The notes under the pieces were generated by a model. The model made no database searches, was not told the origin of the DNA, and saw only the letters and a program-made list of their open reading frames with translations. A stretch of 64,000 nt of DNA from Mobula hypostoma (Eukaryota): NCBI RefSeq assembly GCF_963921235.1, contig NC_086108.1:37572001-37636000 (forward strand), given 5' to 3'. Positions 36,801-50,670 of the stretch are shown one piece after another; position 1 is the stretch's first letter; each line of letters begins with the position of its first letter. A program made the position numbers and the translations under genes.

Positions 36801-38135
36801 GTTTTCTTCAAATAGGCCTGGTTAAAGTCACAGACTATAATGTGAAATGTATTGGGATGGGCTGTTTCTTGCTTTCAGACGATATTGTGCTGTTTTGCGA
36901 GTGCTTGCTTATAATCGGCCGCTGGTGGTATATAAAAGCGGTCAGGATCACGGATGAGAACTCCCCAGGCAAGCACAATAGTTTGCATTTAATCGTCAGG
37001 TGTTCTAAGTCAAGGGAACAAGAAGTCCACGTAACCCCAACATCTGTACACCAATTAGAATTGACTAAAAAGCACACACCACCACCTTCTTCCTTTCCAG
37101 AGTTTGTAGTTTGATCCATTCTGAAAATTGTAAAACCTTCCAGTCATCAGGCATTATCAATGTTAACTAAGTTTCAATGCAACAAACAAGTGAGATCTGC
37201 TTCATCTGCTTCTGATACAGCAGCCTTGTCCTGAGATCACCACTCTCACTTTCCAATGACTGCATGTTCACCAACAAGATGCTGGGTAGAGGAAGTCTCA
37301 TCCCCCTGTGCTTCAGCCTGGTTTGAATTCTGCCTCTCCTGCCACGTTTCTGGCCATGGCGTTGACCCTTAAAGGAACCACACTTAACTGCTCTGCATTT
37401 AACCGTTAATCATGAGATCGGAAGATGGTTGATGTAATATTGTAGTCCGTTGTTAAGAGGCAATTTACATGCTGCAGTTTGCAATGAAAGTAATTCAAAG
37501 GAAGGGCATATATGTCGAATACTGGGTGAACGTGTAGTCTTTGGAGTACTGCAAGTCTGTGTTTTTTCCATTGCTTTTGCTGCACACTTGAGTGCTCAGT
37601 GTCGGGTGCAGATGCTTTTTTTTGCCGGTGGGGGGAGGCGGGATCATTACTTGCTGCCACATACGTGTGGAAGAGAGGGGAGCTGTGGGGGTCTTTGGTG
37701 TTCTAACATTTAACTGTCATTCATCCTTTGGGGCACTCCTCTGTTTTCGTGGATGGTTGCGAAGAAAAAGCATTTCAAGATGTATATTGTATACGTTTCT
37801 ATGACATTAAATTGGACCTTTAAAACCTTTGATTTAAGAGGAAAACTAGTACAATTTTCTGCAGCCGGCAGAGAGTTGCCATTGTAAACCAGGCCATCTT
37901 GGAATTCCCAGGAGATCAGCAGTTTCTGAGATACTCAAACCACTCACTCTGGCACCGACAATCATTCCACGGTCAGTGACTTAGATCATATCTCTTCCCC
38001 ATTTTGATGTTTGGTCTGAACAACAACTGAACCAGTTGAGTATGTCTGTGTGCTTTTCAAGTTGCTGCCACACAGCTGACTGATTAGATATTTGCATTAA
38101 CGAGCAGGTGTACCTAATAAAGTGGCCACTGAGTG
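33830..38135 (-). mobile_element. Tc1 deletion derivative split by ~3.9 kb of nested LINE sequence
   Basis: TA-flanked TIRs CACCCTCAGTCGCCATTTTATTAG / CTAATAAAGTGGCCACTGAGTG; HTH remnants DRGMIVGAR..LSISETADLLG (~37910-38000) and ISERTTCQTLKWIGYSSRR (~33890-33960). Confidence 0.8.
34590..37410 (-). mobile_element. Near full-length Rex1/Babar LINE (APE endonuclease and RT), degenerate
   Basis: GGGVCFLVNSNWC, RKASGPDGVPGRVLK, YNSAFNTTVP, HHPGLALFSLL. Confidence 0.9.
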
Positions 38136-39684
38136 TATATAAATTTGTAATTTCACCAAGCAAACTCTTTCTATAACAACTGATAACACTGAGGGTGGAA
38201 GATAATGAAAGCATGTAATCCTGTAGATGCATCCTTTGCTTGAATTTCTTCAATAGATAATATCTTAGAATAAGTAGTGAATAGAAATAGAAGATATGCA
38301 CATAAAGTGAACCTTAGTATATTCTCATGAGAAAATAAATATTTCAACAATCACATATTCATGTATTCACTGCATTGTCACACATCCAAGTTTTGTGATT
38401 GGCTGCATGCAGAATTAAAATACTAAGTTTTCTTTCCTCTTTCATTTGATTGCTTCACGTTTGGATTTTAAGATAGTTTGCACCTTTGCTTTCAACCAGT
38501 CAAGATAGCTAAGATTGCTGCTAGTATAGAAATGAACACTCTCCACAAACTATGCTATTAGCATAAACAATCACTGAGGATTGGTACTGAAAGTGGGTAT
38601 GTGCTATGTTAATCCGTAAAGGCTTAATGTGTTTGACATTCTGCTGCTTCTATTAACTGAGGTGTTAAACCATAATAGTATCATGAATTAATATAGCTCT
38701 GTTGATATAGAAAAACAATCCAGCTTGCTCCACAAAGGCATAATAAAAAAATGGAACTGAAAAGCAGACTATTGGGTTGGCCAGAAAACCGGCAGAGCAG
38801 CAGGTGGTATAGTGCGAGGATAATGGCTAACTTATTTAACTGATGGAATATAACTAGCACTATTCCACAAGTTTCCATGGTAGGATCTCAAATATTCACC
38901 GTTTTAACAGTCAGGATTATAGTATAGAAGGTAGCATAGGGCTGGTGGCACAAGGTGGTATAGACAGAAGCATAATTTTACAAAGAAAGCTAACAGAATA
39001 AACAATGGTATTCATCTTTAAAAATATACACACAAAGACTGAAAATCAACCGATGTGCAAAAGGCAGAAATTGTACAAATAGAAGTAAATAAATAAATTA
39101 ATTAATGATTCTGAGAGCATGAATTCTTGAAAGTGAGTCCATAGGTTTTATTCAGTGATCAGATTAGCATTGTGGTGAGTGAAGTTAACCATTCTAGTTC
39201 AGGAGACTGATGGTTGAAGGATAATAACTGTTCCTGAACCTGGTGATATAGGACCTAAGGCTCATGTAACTTCTTCCCAAATTAGCAGTGAGAAGAGAGC
39301 ATGACCTGGGCAGTGGGGGTCCTTGATAATGGATGTCTCTTTCATGTCACAGTGCTCCTTGTAGATATGCTTAATGGTGGTAAAGACTTTTCCTGTGATG
39401 AACTAGGCTGTATCGACCGTTTTTGTAGGCTTTTCCATACTTGGGCATTGGTGTTTCCATACTGGGTCATGATGCAACTACTTAGGATAGTGTCCACTGT
39501 GTTTCTATAGAAATTTGTCAAAGTTTTCGATGACATTCTGAATCTGTGCAAACTTCTAAGAGAGTAGAGGTAGTGCTGTGCCTCCTTTGGACAGATCCTC
39601 TGATAAACTGTAATAATGCTCAGGAATTTACGGTTACTGACCTTTTCCACCTCTGATTCCCTGATGAGCACTGGCTCATGGATC

Positions 39685-39850
39685 AACCGACAAAGCTGGA
39701 AGAACTCAGCGCTCCAGGCAGCATCTATGGAAAAAAGTACATTCGATGCTTTGGGACGAGACCCTTTGTCAGTGCTGATGAAGAGTCTGGGCCTGAAATA
39801 TCAACTTTACTCTTCCATAGATGCTGCCTAGCCTGCTGAGTTCCTCCAGC

Positions 39851-39907
<57 letters not shown>

Positions 39908-39946
39908 CTTGGATTTCCAGCATCAGCAGATTTCCTTTTGTTTGTG
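39685..39946. mobile_element. Penelope-derived fold-back insert with degenerate hammerhead cores
   Basis: 15-bp TSD ACTGGCTCATGGATC (39670-39684 and 39947-39961); palindrome centred at ~39773. Confidence 0.8.
39853..39905. repeat. (TG)n microsatellite
   Basis: About 26 uninterrupted TG units. Confidence 0.97.
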
Positions 39947-40549
39947 ACTGGCTCATGGATCCCCAATTTCTTCCTCCTGTGGTCAATAATTAGCTCTTTG
40001 GTTTTGCTGACGATCAGTGAGAGGTTGTTGTTGTGGCACCACTCAATTAGATTTTCAATCTCCCTCCTGTATGCTGATCCCACCACCTTTGATACTGCCA
40101 ACAACAGTGGTGTCAAACTTAAATCAACTTAAATCAAAGCCTCAAAGTGTACAAGGAAGAGGACAGGGTTGAAAGTGGATGATGTGGCAACTCTTGTAGT
40201 TGTATATAAATTCTATGGTGAAATAGAATGGATTCAATCAAGGAAATTACAAAACAGACAGTGAAAAAGAGGCTTTAGAGGAGGCCAATGTGATTGATGC
40301 TGTCATAAACAAGGAGGTAGAAAACTGTAGCACATTCCCTGAGAGACAATACAATTCGTGACTTGAATAGTTTCACTCAATTTCTGCAAAACAAGTAAAA
40401 CCACATGGAAAGTAGGGATTTTTTATGAATGGGGGACACTGACATCAACAGCATTGTTGTTGACATTGTTCAAGTTCTTTGTTATATAGTCTGGAATGAG
40501 CCAGAATCCTGGAAATTCAGTTTAAAGTTCAAAGTAACTTTATCTACTT

Positions 40550-40695
40550 TATTTGCATTTATTTAGGGATACAGAGCAGAACAATCACTTTCCACCCAAC
40601 AAGTCACACTGCCCAGCAACCTACTGATTTAACAGCAGCCACATCACAGGACAATTTATAATGACCAATTAACCCACTAACCGGTACATATTTGA
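40550..40695 (-). mobile_element. V-SINE/HE1-like SINE 3' fragment
   Basis: accaattaacccactaaccggtac and tttatttag tail resemble elasmobranch V-SINEs. Confidence 0.5.
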
Positions 40696-40699
40696 ATCA

Positions 40700-43150
40700 A
40701 GTGAGAAATACTGTATATTAAAAAAAAGTGAGGTAGTGTCCAAGGTCCATTTAGGAATCGGATGGCAGAGGGGAAGAAGCTGTCCCTGAATCGCTGAGTG
40801 TGTGCCTTCAGGCTTCTGTACCTCCTACCTGATGGTAACAGTGAGAAAAGGGCATGTCCTAGGTGCTGGAGGTCCCTAATAATGGACGCTACCTTTCTGA
40901 ATCACTGCTCCCTGAAGATGTCCTGGGTACTTTGTAGGCTAGTACCCAAGATGGAGCTGATGAGATTTACAACCCTCTGCACCTTCTTTCGGTCCTGTGC
41001 AGTAGCAACCCTGCCCCCCCCCCCCCCCGCCATACTAGACAGTGATGCAGCCTGTCAGAATGCTCTTCACAGTATAACCATGGAAGTTTCTGAGTGCATT
41101 TGTTGACATCCCAAATCTCTTCAAGCTCCTAATGAAGTATAGCTGCTGTTTTGCCTTCTTTATAACTGCATCGATGCGACGGGCCCATGTTAGATCCTCA
41201 GAGATCTTGACACCCAGGAACTTGAAACTGCTCACTCTCTCCACTTCTGATCCCTCTATGAGGATCGGTATGTGTTCCTTCATCTTACCCTTCCTGAAGT
41301 CCACTATCAGCTCTTTTGTCTTACTGACGTTGAGCGCCAAGTTGTTGCTGCAGCACCACTCCACTAGTTGGCATATCTCACTCCCGTACGCCCTCTCGTC
41401 ACCACCTGAGATTCTACCAACAATGGCTGTATCATCAGCAAACTTATAGCTGGTATTTGAGCTATGCCTAGCCACACAATCATGTCTATATAGAGACTAG
41501 AGCTGTGGGCTAAACACATACCCCTGCGGTGCACCAGTGTTGATCATCAGCAAGGAGGGGATATTATCACCAATCCACACAGATTTTGGTCTTCTGGTTA
41601 GGAAGTTGAGGATCCAATTACAGAGAGAGGTACAGAAGCCCAGGTTCTGCAACTTCTCAATCAGGATTGTGGGAATAATGGCATTAAATGCTGAGCTATA
41701 GTCGATGAACAGCATCCTGACATAGGTGTTTGTGCTGTCCAGGTGGTCTAAAGCTATGTGAAGAGCCATTGAGATTGTGTTTGCCGTTGACCTATCGTGG
41801 CAATAGGCAAACTGCAATGGGTCCAGGTCCTTGCTGAGGCAGGAGTTCGGTCTAGTCATAACCAACCTCTCAAAGCATTTCATCACTGTCGATGTGAGTG
41901 CTACCGGGTGATAGTCATTAAGGCAGCCCACATTATTCTTCTTTGGCACTGGTATAATTGTTGCCTTTTTGAATCAAGTGGGAACTTCTGCCCGTAGCAG
42001 TGAGAGGTTGAAAATGTCCTTGAATACTCCCATTAATTAGGTGGCACAGGTTTGCAGAGCCTTACCAAGTACTCCCTTGGGACCTTCTGCCTTGCGAGTG
42101 TTCACTCTCTTTAACGACAGTCTAACATCGGCACTGAGACAGAGATCACAGGGTCATCGGGTGCAGCAGGGATCTCCACAGCTGTAGTTGTATTCTCTCT
42201 TTGAAAGTGGGGCTAGAAAGCATTGAGTTCATCTGGTAGTGAAGCATCACTGCCATTCATGCTATTGGGTTTCGCTTTGTCAGAAGTAGTGTCTTGCAAA
42301 CCCTGCAAGAGTTGCCATGCATCTGATGTCGCCTCCTACCTCATTTGAAATTGTCTCTTCACCCTTGAAATAGCCCTCCATAAATCATACCTGGTTTTCT
42401 GGTATAGGCCTGGGACGCCAGACTTGAATGCCACAGATCTTGCCTTCAGCAGACAACATACCTCCTGGTTCATTCACGGCTTTTGGTTTGGGAATGTACA
42501 GTAAGTCTTTGTAGGCACACACTCATCCACAGAAGTTCTAATGAAGTCGGTAACAATTGCAATATACTCATCCAAGTTCAAAGATAAATTCCTGAATGTA
42601 GTCCAGTCTACCAATTCAAAGCAGTCCTGTAGGCGCTCCTGTGCTTCCCTTGTCCAAACCTTCTTGCTCCTCACTACTGGCGCTGCAGTCTTCAGTCTCT
42701 GCCTATACTCAGGGAGTGGAAGTACAGCCAGGAGATCAGACTTTCCGAAGTGAGGGCGTGGAATAGCACGGTAGGAATTCTTGATGGTGGTGTAACAGTG
42801 GTCCAGAGTGTTGTTTCCTCTAGTATTATAAGTGATCTGTTGATGGTAATTGTTTAGTGATTTTTTTTCAAACTGGCCTGGTTAAAATCTCCCAAAACAA
42901 TGGTGAAGGTATTAGGATATGTTGTTTCGTGCATGTTGATCCCATTGCTCAGATCATCTAAAACCTGGTCGAATTGGCCTGAGATGGAATATATACCGCT
43001 ACCAAAATGACCCCGGAGAACTCCCGTAGGTAATAAGGATGGCACCTAACTGCTAGATGTTCCAGGTCTGGTGAGCAGAATTGGGACAGCACTGATATAT
43101 TTGTGCACCAAGAAGAGTTGATCACGAGGCATACTCTACCACCTCTGATT
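40700..43150 (-). mobile_element. Rex1/Babar LINE (EN-RT), long and relatively well preserved
   Basis: [63 protein letters not shown]. Confidence 0.92.
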
Positions 43151-43365
43151 TTGAGAGACTCTGTAGATCTCTACTGTGTACCATACACAAGCTTCCCATT
43201 TATTTTCTTGCAGGCACACACAGGAAAATGAAAAAATACAAAAGAATCCATGAAATCCACAGAAAAGCCACATACTACAAAGACCAACTAATATCCAATG
43301 TGCAAAAGAGGACAAATTGCACAAATAATGAAAATAGTGAACAAGTATTACTGAAATACATTAGC

Positions 43366-43612
43366 TACAGAGACCCCAAAAGTGAGTTCACAGGCTGCAT
43401 ATTCCCCGAGAGTGAGTCCACGGGGTACAGAGACCCCGAGAGTGAGTCCACGGAGTACAGAGACCCCGAGAGTGAGTCCACGGGGTACAGAGACCCCGAG
43501 AGTGAGTCCACAGGGTACAGAGACCACGAGAGTGAGTCCACAGGGTACAGAGACCCCGAGAGTGAGTCCACAGGGTACGGAGACCCCGAGAGTGAGTCCA
43601 CAGGGTACAGAG
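43366..43612. repeat. 30-bp minisatellite, ~8 copies, inside a Rex1 3' UTR fragment
   Basis: Unit TACAGAGACCCCGAGAGTGAGTCCAC(G/A)GGG. Confidence 0.95.
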
Positions 43613-43869
43613 GCAGTTCAGTTCTGAGATGAGTGAAGCCGGTCCAGGAGTCCAATGGCTGCAAGGCAACCACTGTCCCCAATCCTGGCTGTTGAAGTTT
43701 TAATTAGTTTTCGCACAATAATGTGTGTGCCTAGTGTTAACTAGAATCTGACACAAGTTGATAGCAGACAAGCAGGATTTTCTTGCTGAAGAACAAACTC
43801 TCCTACAGCATTCCAGGTGTGTATTGGAGTTGGTGGAAATGTGGATTGGATAGGCTCACCTCTTTGTGG

Positions 43870-44445
43870 CATTATAATTTATCCCATTGACTTGCTCAGG
43901 CACCTCACCCTTTCTGAGGACATTCTACCCAACCATCAAGAGCTTTGACCAGCTATATCACCACCTGCAGTGGGAATTCAAAGGCATCTGACCACAAGGC
44001 CATACAATAGATTGTGAGGACTGCTGAGAGAATCATCAAGCTCTCTCCCCAATCTGCCCATCCAGGACACACTGTACACCAGAAGCAGTGTGTTTGCTGA
44101 GTCCTCAGCATTGCCAAGGACCTCTTGCCTCCATTCCACAATCTCTTTACCCTCCTACCATCGGGCACAAGGTACCAAGGCTATGAGATTTCTAAGTACA
44201 GTGTTACCCAGTACACATTATTTATGACAGCACCAGTGGCAGTAAAACTGTTGTGTATTTACTATACTATATGCAGTATATGCAATTTTTGTCAACATGT
44301 ACATCTACAGAATGCTTTTTTATCTGTTAAAATTATTGTGTTAATATTATTTTATGTGCTGCATGTGATATATGTACTGTGTTTCCCGCCTTGGTCATTT
44401 AGCTGTATACACATTTACAGTTAAATGACAATAAGCTATGTCTTT
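43870..44445 (+). mobile_element. Rex1/Babar 3' fragment
   Basis: FHNLFTLLPSGTRY; 3' UTR ending gacaataag. Confidence 0.7.
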
Positions 44446-47439
44446 TTAATTTTCACATTAAAAGAAATTCTAAGAAAAAGTTTAGTCAGGAAGAAGCTTG
44501 TGAAATTTACTTAGTCACAGCAAGGGTGCTTTGCTGTCTGTTTATGCAGAACAGAAATAATGAATTACAACTGAAGCCATTCACCAACACTTGTTGGAAA
44601 ATGTGGATTTGGCAAGTGCCCACTCCACCTTGTGGAAACCTGTAGCTGTAAACGGAATGAAGGATAGGTCCAAATGGAGCCAAGCTCAAACTACACCTGG
44701 TGAGAGCCAATTACCTCAATAACATGCATGTTGAAACATAACCTGCAATCTATGGGTCCAAAATTTTAATGGGTACAGACTCTGAAAAAGGACCTGAGAT
44801 ATATCAAATTCTGCAGCTCTCTCTGTCACAGTACATTTGGAATATCTCCAAAAGAACCAGCAATTTCTTGATACATTTTAATGTCCAATTGCTGCTGGAT
44901 TACCAACTACAATTTTACAAAACTTTAAGATTATTCTTGCAATAGCCATCAGCATTTTTTCGTAGATGTTATGGTGACATTTCATTCTTCTGATGATTCT
45001 GGGTCATGCCTTTGCATTATAATAAGGTTTGATGACTGGTAGAGGTTATTTGTCTTTTATGCATTTTATAGCAAATACATAAACATTGCATGGTGCTTCT
45101 TGCCAATGTTATTCTGTATTAACTGCCACCAATGTGACAAGTGATGTTGCTTCTGTAGGTCAAAAAAATCATTTGTATGGTAAGAGCGTTTGATTTGCAT
45201 AGACCTTATTTGCATGTGATTGGATGGCTTAAATTTACACTAACGTTGTGATGAAACCCAGCAGAGCAGAAAATAGGGTTTGATCAGTTGGTTGCTAATG
45301 AAACAGAGTTGACAATACAAACTATGTAAAATGTGTTCCCATCCAGAGGCTAATAATAATGGTGTAATTATCTATGCCGAGGCAATCAAATTTATATCTA
45401 CAAATTACATTAGAAAATCTATTCTCAAAAATCCAAAACCTATGAAAGACTTTAGAGAACGTTAAACCCCTTTATGGTTACAGGCACAATTTGGCTTTTG
45501 TCTGTGACACAAGTGAAATAATAAGTGAGTACTAAGAGATTTCCAGCTCACAATTTACAACAGACCATAAACGCATTCCTTGTAAATAGAGTTTTACAAT
45601 TGAGCTACAAAGTGCTTTAAAGGCTAGGTCATAATTTACTTGCTTTCTAAAAAAATGCATTCCTCTAAATTGATGTGACAAATCGGAATACTGGCAGAAT
45701 ACTTGAAGACTAGGAACATGAAATTTCTCTTGCCTATTTGAGTCGATGTAATAATCACTGAATATAAATAGACTTACACCCTAGGTAAAACAGCAAACAG
45801 AATAAGGCAAGTGAATCAACATTCTTTACCAGTTACTCTGTATGATCAGGTCTGCACTGAAGCACTTTGATTGCTTCACTTTGAAGACCAGACATAACAG
45901 CAGAGGTCAACTGTGTAGCCTATGTTACCAATCCTTGCTTGATACATTCTTGGAGATTTGAAAATCCAATTTACAATCAGATGGCAACAGTTGCATGAGT
46001 TTTCATGTATTAGGTCTGATATAAAGCACCTGACTGATTTTTAGTGAGATTATTAACAACTTATAAATCACAGATAAGAACTTATAATAATATGATAGTA
46101 ATAATAAAAAAACTTCTATGGTGTTTCTGCACCATTGGCTGGAAGAATAACACACCAAATAAAATCCAATTATTTATCTTTGGTTTGTGTGCCATTTAAA
46201 ATTTTACACATAATTCTTCCAAATAACATGTCAACCTAATACAATGGATTTATTTTTGACTCTACAAAATAAACTGGGGAAAATTGAATCCTAGCTTTGG
46301 GGAAGATAGGTTCAGACCTCAGGATGAAGCTTCAAAACTGCTGGAATCTAAGAATAAACGTTTAACAGATGCATGTCAGAATTGACATGAACATGCTCAG
46401 TCTTTCACTAGGTCCTGGCTGATGTTTTACCCCTGTCCCTCTCCCATTTCCTTCTGCCTCGATTTTATGTTTTGGATTGGTTTTCCTTGTGGCTTTTAGA
46501 GATTCCTGTGACGTTCATCAACCCAATGATATTGGGTTGAATTTTCTGTGGTACTTGTGAATGCTGTTCAAATACTCATGAACAACATGGCACCAGCAAA
46601 CAATGATTCCTCGGGCAACATCTTCCAGATAGTCAATCATTTCAGCTTTTCTAATATTCTACTTATTCTTTTCATCTTAATTCTGTTTTTGAAGCTGTTG
46701 GGAGTCTGTGACTTAGTCCGTAGTTCAACTGAGTGAGCTAGCACTCTGCTGTCCCCAAAAAAACTCCAGGAGAGAAATGCGAACACAAGCTACCATGAGG
46801 AGAAACTCAGGGGCAAGATGAGGGGCCTTTACTGACTACATTTCTTGCCAATTAAAGCTTCGAAGTAGATTGAAACATCAAGGCAAATGTGGTAGAAAGC
46901 GAATGGTTCTCGGACAGTCCGCTGGTTCATGTCACTTTCCTCAGACAGGCTGCTGGTCTGAGTCGCTGCCGTCGGCGGGACCACTGGGTCCCAATGCTCT
47001 CGGAGATGTTATCGAAATTCTGAAATTTGTGGATTGGACTGTAGTTCAAACTAACTGTAGAAGTAAGTCATATTGACCTCTTGCAGTTTTATGTTCTTTT
47101 TCTACGTTCTCGCTCATTCTTTCTTGTTGTGCATGATCCGATAGTTTTTGTGTGAGGGATGATGTGGGTGTTTGAGGTTTGCAAGTTTTTCTTTCTTTTT
47201 CTTTTCATGCAGGGGGGTATTGATGTCTTTCTTTCAACTACTTATATGGTTTTCTGTATTTTATGGCTATCTAGAGAAGACAAGTTTCTGAGTTGTATTC
47301 TGCATTCACACTTTGATAATAAAATGAACACTTGAACCTTTAAACCTTTGTTGAGTATAAAAGTCCTGAACTCCCTCACTGCTAATGCTGATTTCTCACT
47401 ACAGTCCAATGTCAAACATTTCCAAGCTTGTGAAATACT

Positions 47440-50400
47440 GAACCAAAAGAGAGGGAGGAGGGGAGTACTCTAAGATAGGCTAAAACAAAGGGGCATGAAA
47501 CTTCCTCTACCCAGCATCTTGTTAGCAAATGTACAATCTTTGGAGAACAAGTACCTAAGGGTATGATTGCTATTTTGGAGGGAAATGAACAATTGCTGCG
47601 TTCTCTGCTTCAGGGAGACATAGCTCATTCTGGACAGACTGGATACACTTGTTAGACCTGAAGTCTTCTCGATACACAGGTTTGACCAAAAAATTGGGGT
47701 CTGTGTTTCATGATAAACTCTTCATGGTGCTCAGATTGCAGTGGCTTTGTCACACTCCTGTTCGCCCAACCAGGAACACCAAATGATTGACTACTGTCCA
47801 TTTTACTTACCAAGAGAGTTCTCCTCCGTGATCCTGACCACAGTTTACATACCACAAAAGGCCAATGTTAAACAGGTACTTGACGTATTGAGTACTGTCA
47901 CTGACAAACAAGAAACTGCCTACACTGATGTCTTTCAAATCATTGTCAGGGACTTCAATCAAACTTGTTTGCTTGATTGAAGAAACTTCTGTCCATTTAT
48001 CATCAGCATATCACCTGCAGCACCAGGGGCCTCTATACACTTGACCACTGCTATATTACAATTAGAAATGCCTGATGTTCCATGCCTAGGCCACATTTCA
48101 GGTAATCTGATCACTTGACTGACCTCCTCCTACCTGTATTCTGGCAGAGACTAAATAGCAAGGCTCCAGAGATAAGCACAACAAAGAGGTTGTGCTTATC
48201 TGAAGCAAGACTATGGGACTGAACTGAGTAAATTGGGTCATGTTCAAGGACTCATCAAAGGATCTGAACCAATACACCACAGTTTTCACAGCCTATATAA
48301 AAGCAGTCATAGAAGAGTGTGGCCCGGCAATATCATTCAAAGTCTTCCCCAACCAGAAGCACTGGATGAACCATAACATCCACAATCTGCTGAGGGACAG
48401 ATTAGTGGCATTCAGGTCTGGTGACCAAGCAGAATACAAGAGGTTCAGGTGAAATCTCCAGAAACCCTTCTCATGGGTCAAGTGGCAATTCCAGACCAAA
48501 CTTGAATCCAGAAGGATGCTCAACAGCCCTGGCTGGTTTTGAATGCTATCTATCGCCTACTACAAAAGGACAAAAGCTGACAACAAGGCTTTGATCCCAG
48601 ATGAGCTCAATGTCTTTTATGCCCTCTCTGACCATCAAAACATGGAAGCACCTTCATGAATTCCCACAGCCCCTGATGGGTGTGAGCCCATGGAAAGCTA
48701 CTGGCTCAGACAAGGTACCAGGCCGAGTGCTAAAGACCTGTGCTGATCAACTGGCTGGAGTGTTTACTGATAGCTTTAACCTCTCACTTCAGCAGTCTAC
48801 CTGCTTGAAGCAGGCTTCAATTGTACCTGTGCTAATAAGAACATGGTAACCTGCGTCAATGGCTATAGTCCAATAGCACTTACATCCACTGTGGTGAAGT
48901 GCTTTCAGAGGTTGGTAAAAGAAGCCTATCAACTCCTGCCTGAAAAGCATCTTGAAGCCACTCCAATTTCCCTACCATCACAACAGGTCTACAGCAGGTA
49001 CCATTTCATTGGCTCTTCACTCAAGCCTGGAACATCTAGACAGTGAAGATCCGTCCATCAGGATGTTTTTCATTGACTACAGCTTGGCAGTCAATACTAT
49101 CATCCCCTTGAAACTAATCAATAAGATTCAACACCTTGGCCTCAATAACCCCTTGTGCAATTGGACCCTTGGTTTCCTCACTTGCAGACCCTAGTCACTT
49201 CAAATTGGCAAAAACATCTCCTCCAGAATCTCCATCAGTACAGGTGCATCAGAAGGCTGCTTGCTTAATTCGCCGCTCTACTGATCCTAATCTTAAGACT
49301 ATGAGGCTAAGCACAGCTCTAATGCCATATTTAAATCTGCTGATGACTTCATTGTCATTTGCTGAATCAAAGGTGGTGACAAATCAGCACGTAGGAGGAA
49401 GATTGATAATCCGGTTAGGTGGTACTACAGCGCCAACATCTTACTCAATGTCAGCAAGACTAAGGAGCTGATTATTGATTTTAGAAGGAGGAAGCCATAG
49501 GTCCATGCGTCAGATATCATAGAAGGATCAGAGGTGGAGAGAGCCAGCAGTTTTAAATTTTCCTGTGTTATCATTTCAGAGGATCTGTCCAAACTTTCTT
49601 AGAAGTTTGTGAAGATTCAGCATGACATCTAAAACTTTGACAAACTTCTATAGATGCGTGGTAGAGCATATATTGACTGGTTGTATCATGGCCTGGTATA
49701 GAAATACCAATGCCCATGAATGGAAAAGTCAACGAAAGGTAGTGGAATGCACACAAAATGCTGGAAGAACCCAGCGGGCCGAGCAGCATCTATGGAAAAA
49801 GGTAGAGTCAGCATTTCTGACCAAAACCCTTCGACAGGACTTCCTGTCTGCCCATCGCCGCTCTCTGGTGCTGCTCCCACCCTCCTTTTTCTTTCTTCTA
49901 AGGCCTTCTGTCTTATTTACCAATCAACTTCCCAGCTCTTTACTTCATCCCTCCCCCTCAAGGTTTCACCAATCACCTGGTGTTTCCTTCTCCCCTTTCC
50001 TTACCTTTTAAATCTACTCCTCAGCTATTTTCTTCAGTCCTGCTGAAGGGTTTCGGCTTGAAAAGACGACTGTACTTTTTTCCATAGATGCTGCCTGGCC
50101 TGCTGAGCTCTTGCAGCATTTTGTGTGTGTTGCTCTGATTTCCAGCATCTGCAAATTTTCTCGTTTGTGGAAAGGTGGTGGATATGACCCAGTATGTCAC
50201 AGGTAAAGCTCTCCTTACCATATATCTACACATATTGCTGTTGCAGGAAAGTGGCATCCTTGAGCAAGGACTACCACCATCCTGGCCATGCTCTCTTCTT
50301 GCTGCTGCCATCAGGAAGAAGGTACTGGAAGTTCAGGACCCACGCCACCAGGTTCAGGAACAGTTATTACCCTTCAACCATCAGACTCTTGAACCAAAGG

Positions 50401-50670
50401 GGATAATTTCACTTAACTTCACTCGTCTCATCACTTTTCACCTTGTGTATCAATATTTATTACTTATTTACTTACTATTAATATTATTGTTTTTTTTGTA
50501 CTTGCACAGGTTGTTGTTTTTCCTTCCTGTTTTGGGTAATCTTTCAATGATTCTATTCTGTTTCTTGCATTTACTGTGAATGCCCACAAGAAAATGAATC
50601 TCAGGATTTCTATATGGTGACATACATGTACTTTGACAATAAATTTATTTTGACCTTTGAACTTCAAACC
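47440..50670 (+). mobile_element. Near full-length Rex1/Babar LINE, degenerate
   Basis: [68 protein letters not shown]; tail ctttgaac. Confidence 0.9.
49747..50169. mobile_element. Penelope-derived insert with inverted terminal arms
   Basis: 13-bp TSD GAAAGGT(A/G)GTGGA (49734-49746 and 50170-50182); 49747-49840 is an inverted copy of ~50040-50130. Confidence 0.8.

Larger units (their letters stand above)
39010..40120 (-). mobile_element. Rex1/Babar 3' fragment with a Penelope-type insertion
   Basis: EWCHNNNLSLIVSKTKELIID; SSKTLTNFYR. Confidence 0.85.

Noticed and set aside
43228-43682. ORFs with YRDPESESTG-type repeats, or a CRISPR-like array
   Set aside because: A 30-bp minisatellite with no unique spacers; open frames arise because the unit length is a multiple of 3.
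44826-44900. Minus-strand YQEIAGSFGDIP as the upstream KCNT2 exon (YQKLCSSTGDxP)
   Set aside because: Flanking residues do not match, a stop follows, and splice sites are unsuitable; chance similarity.
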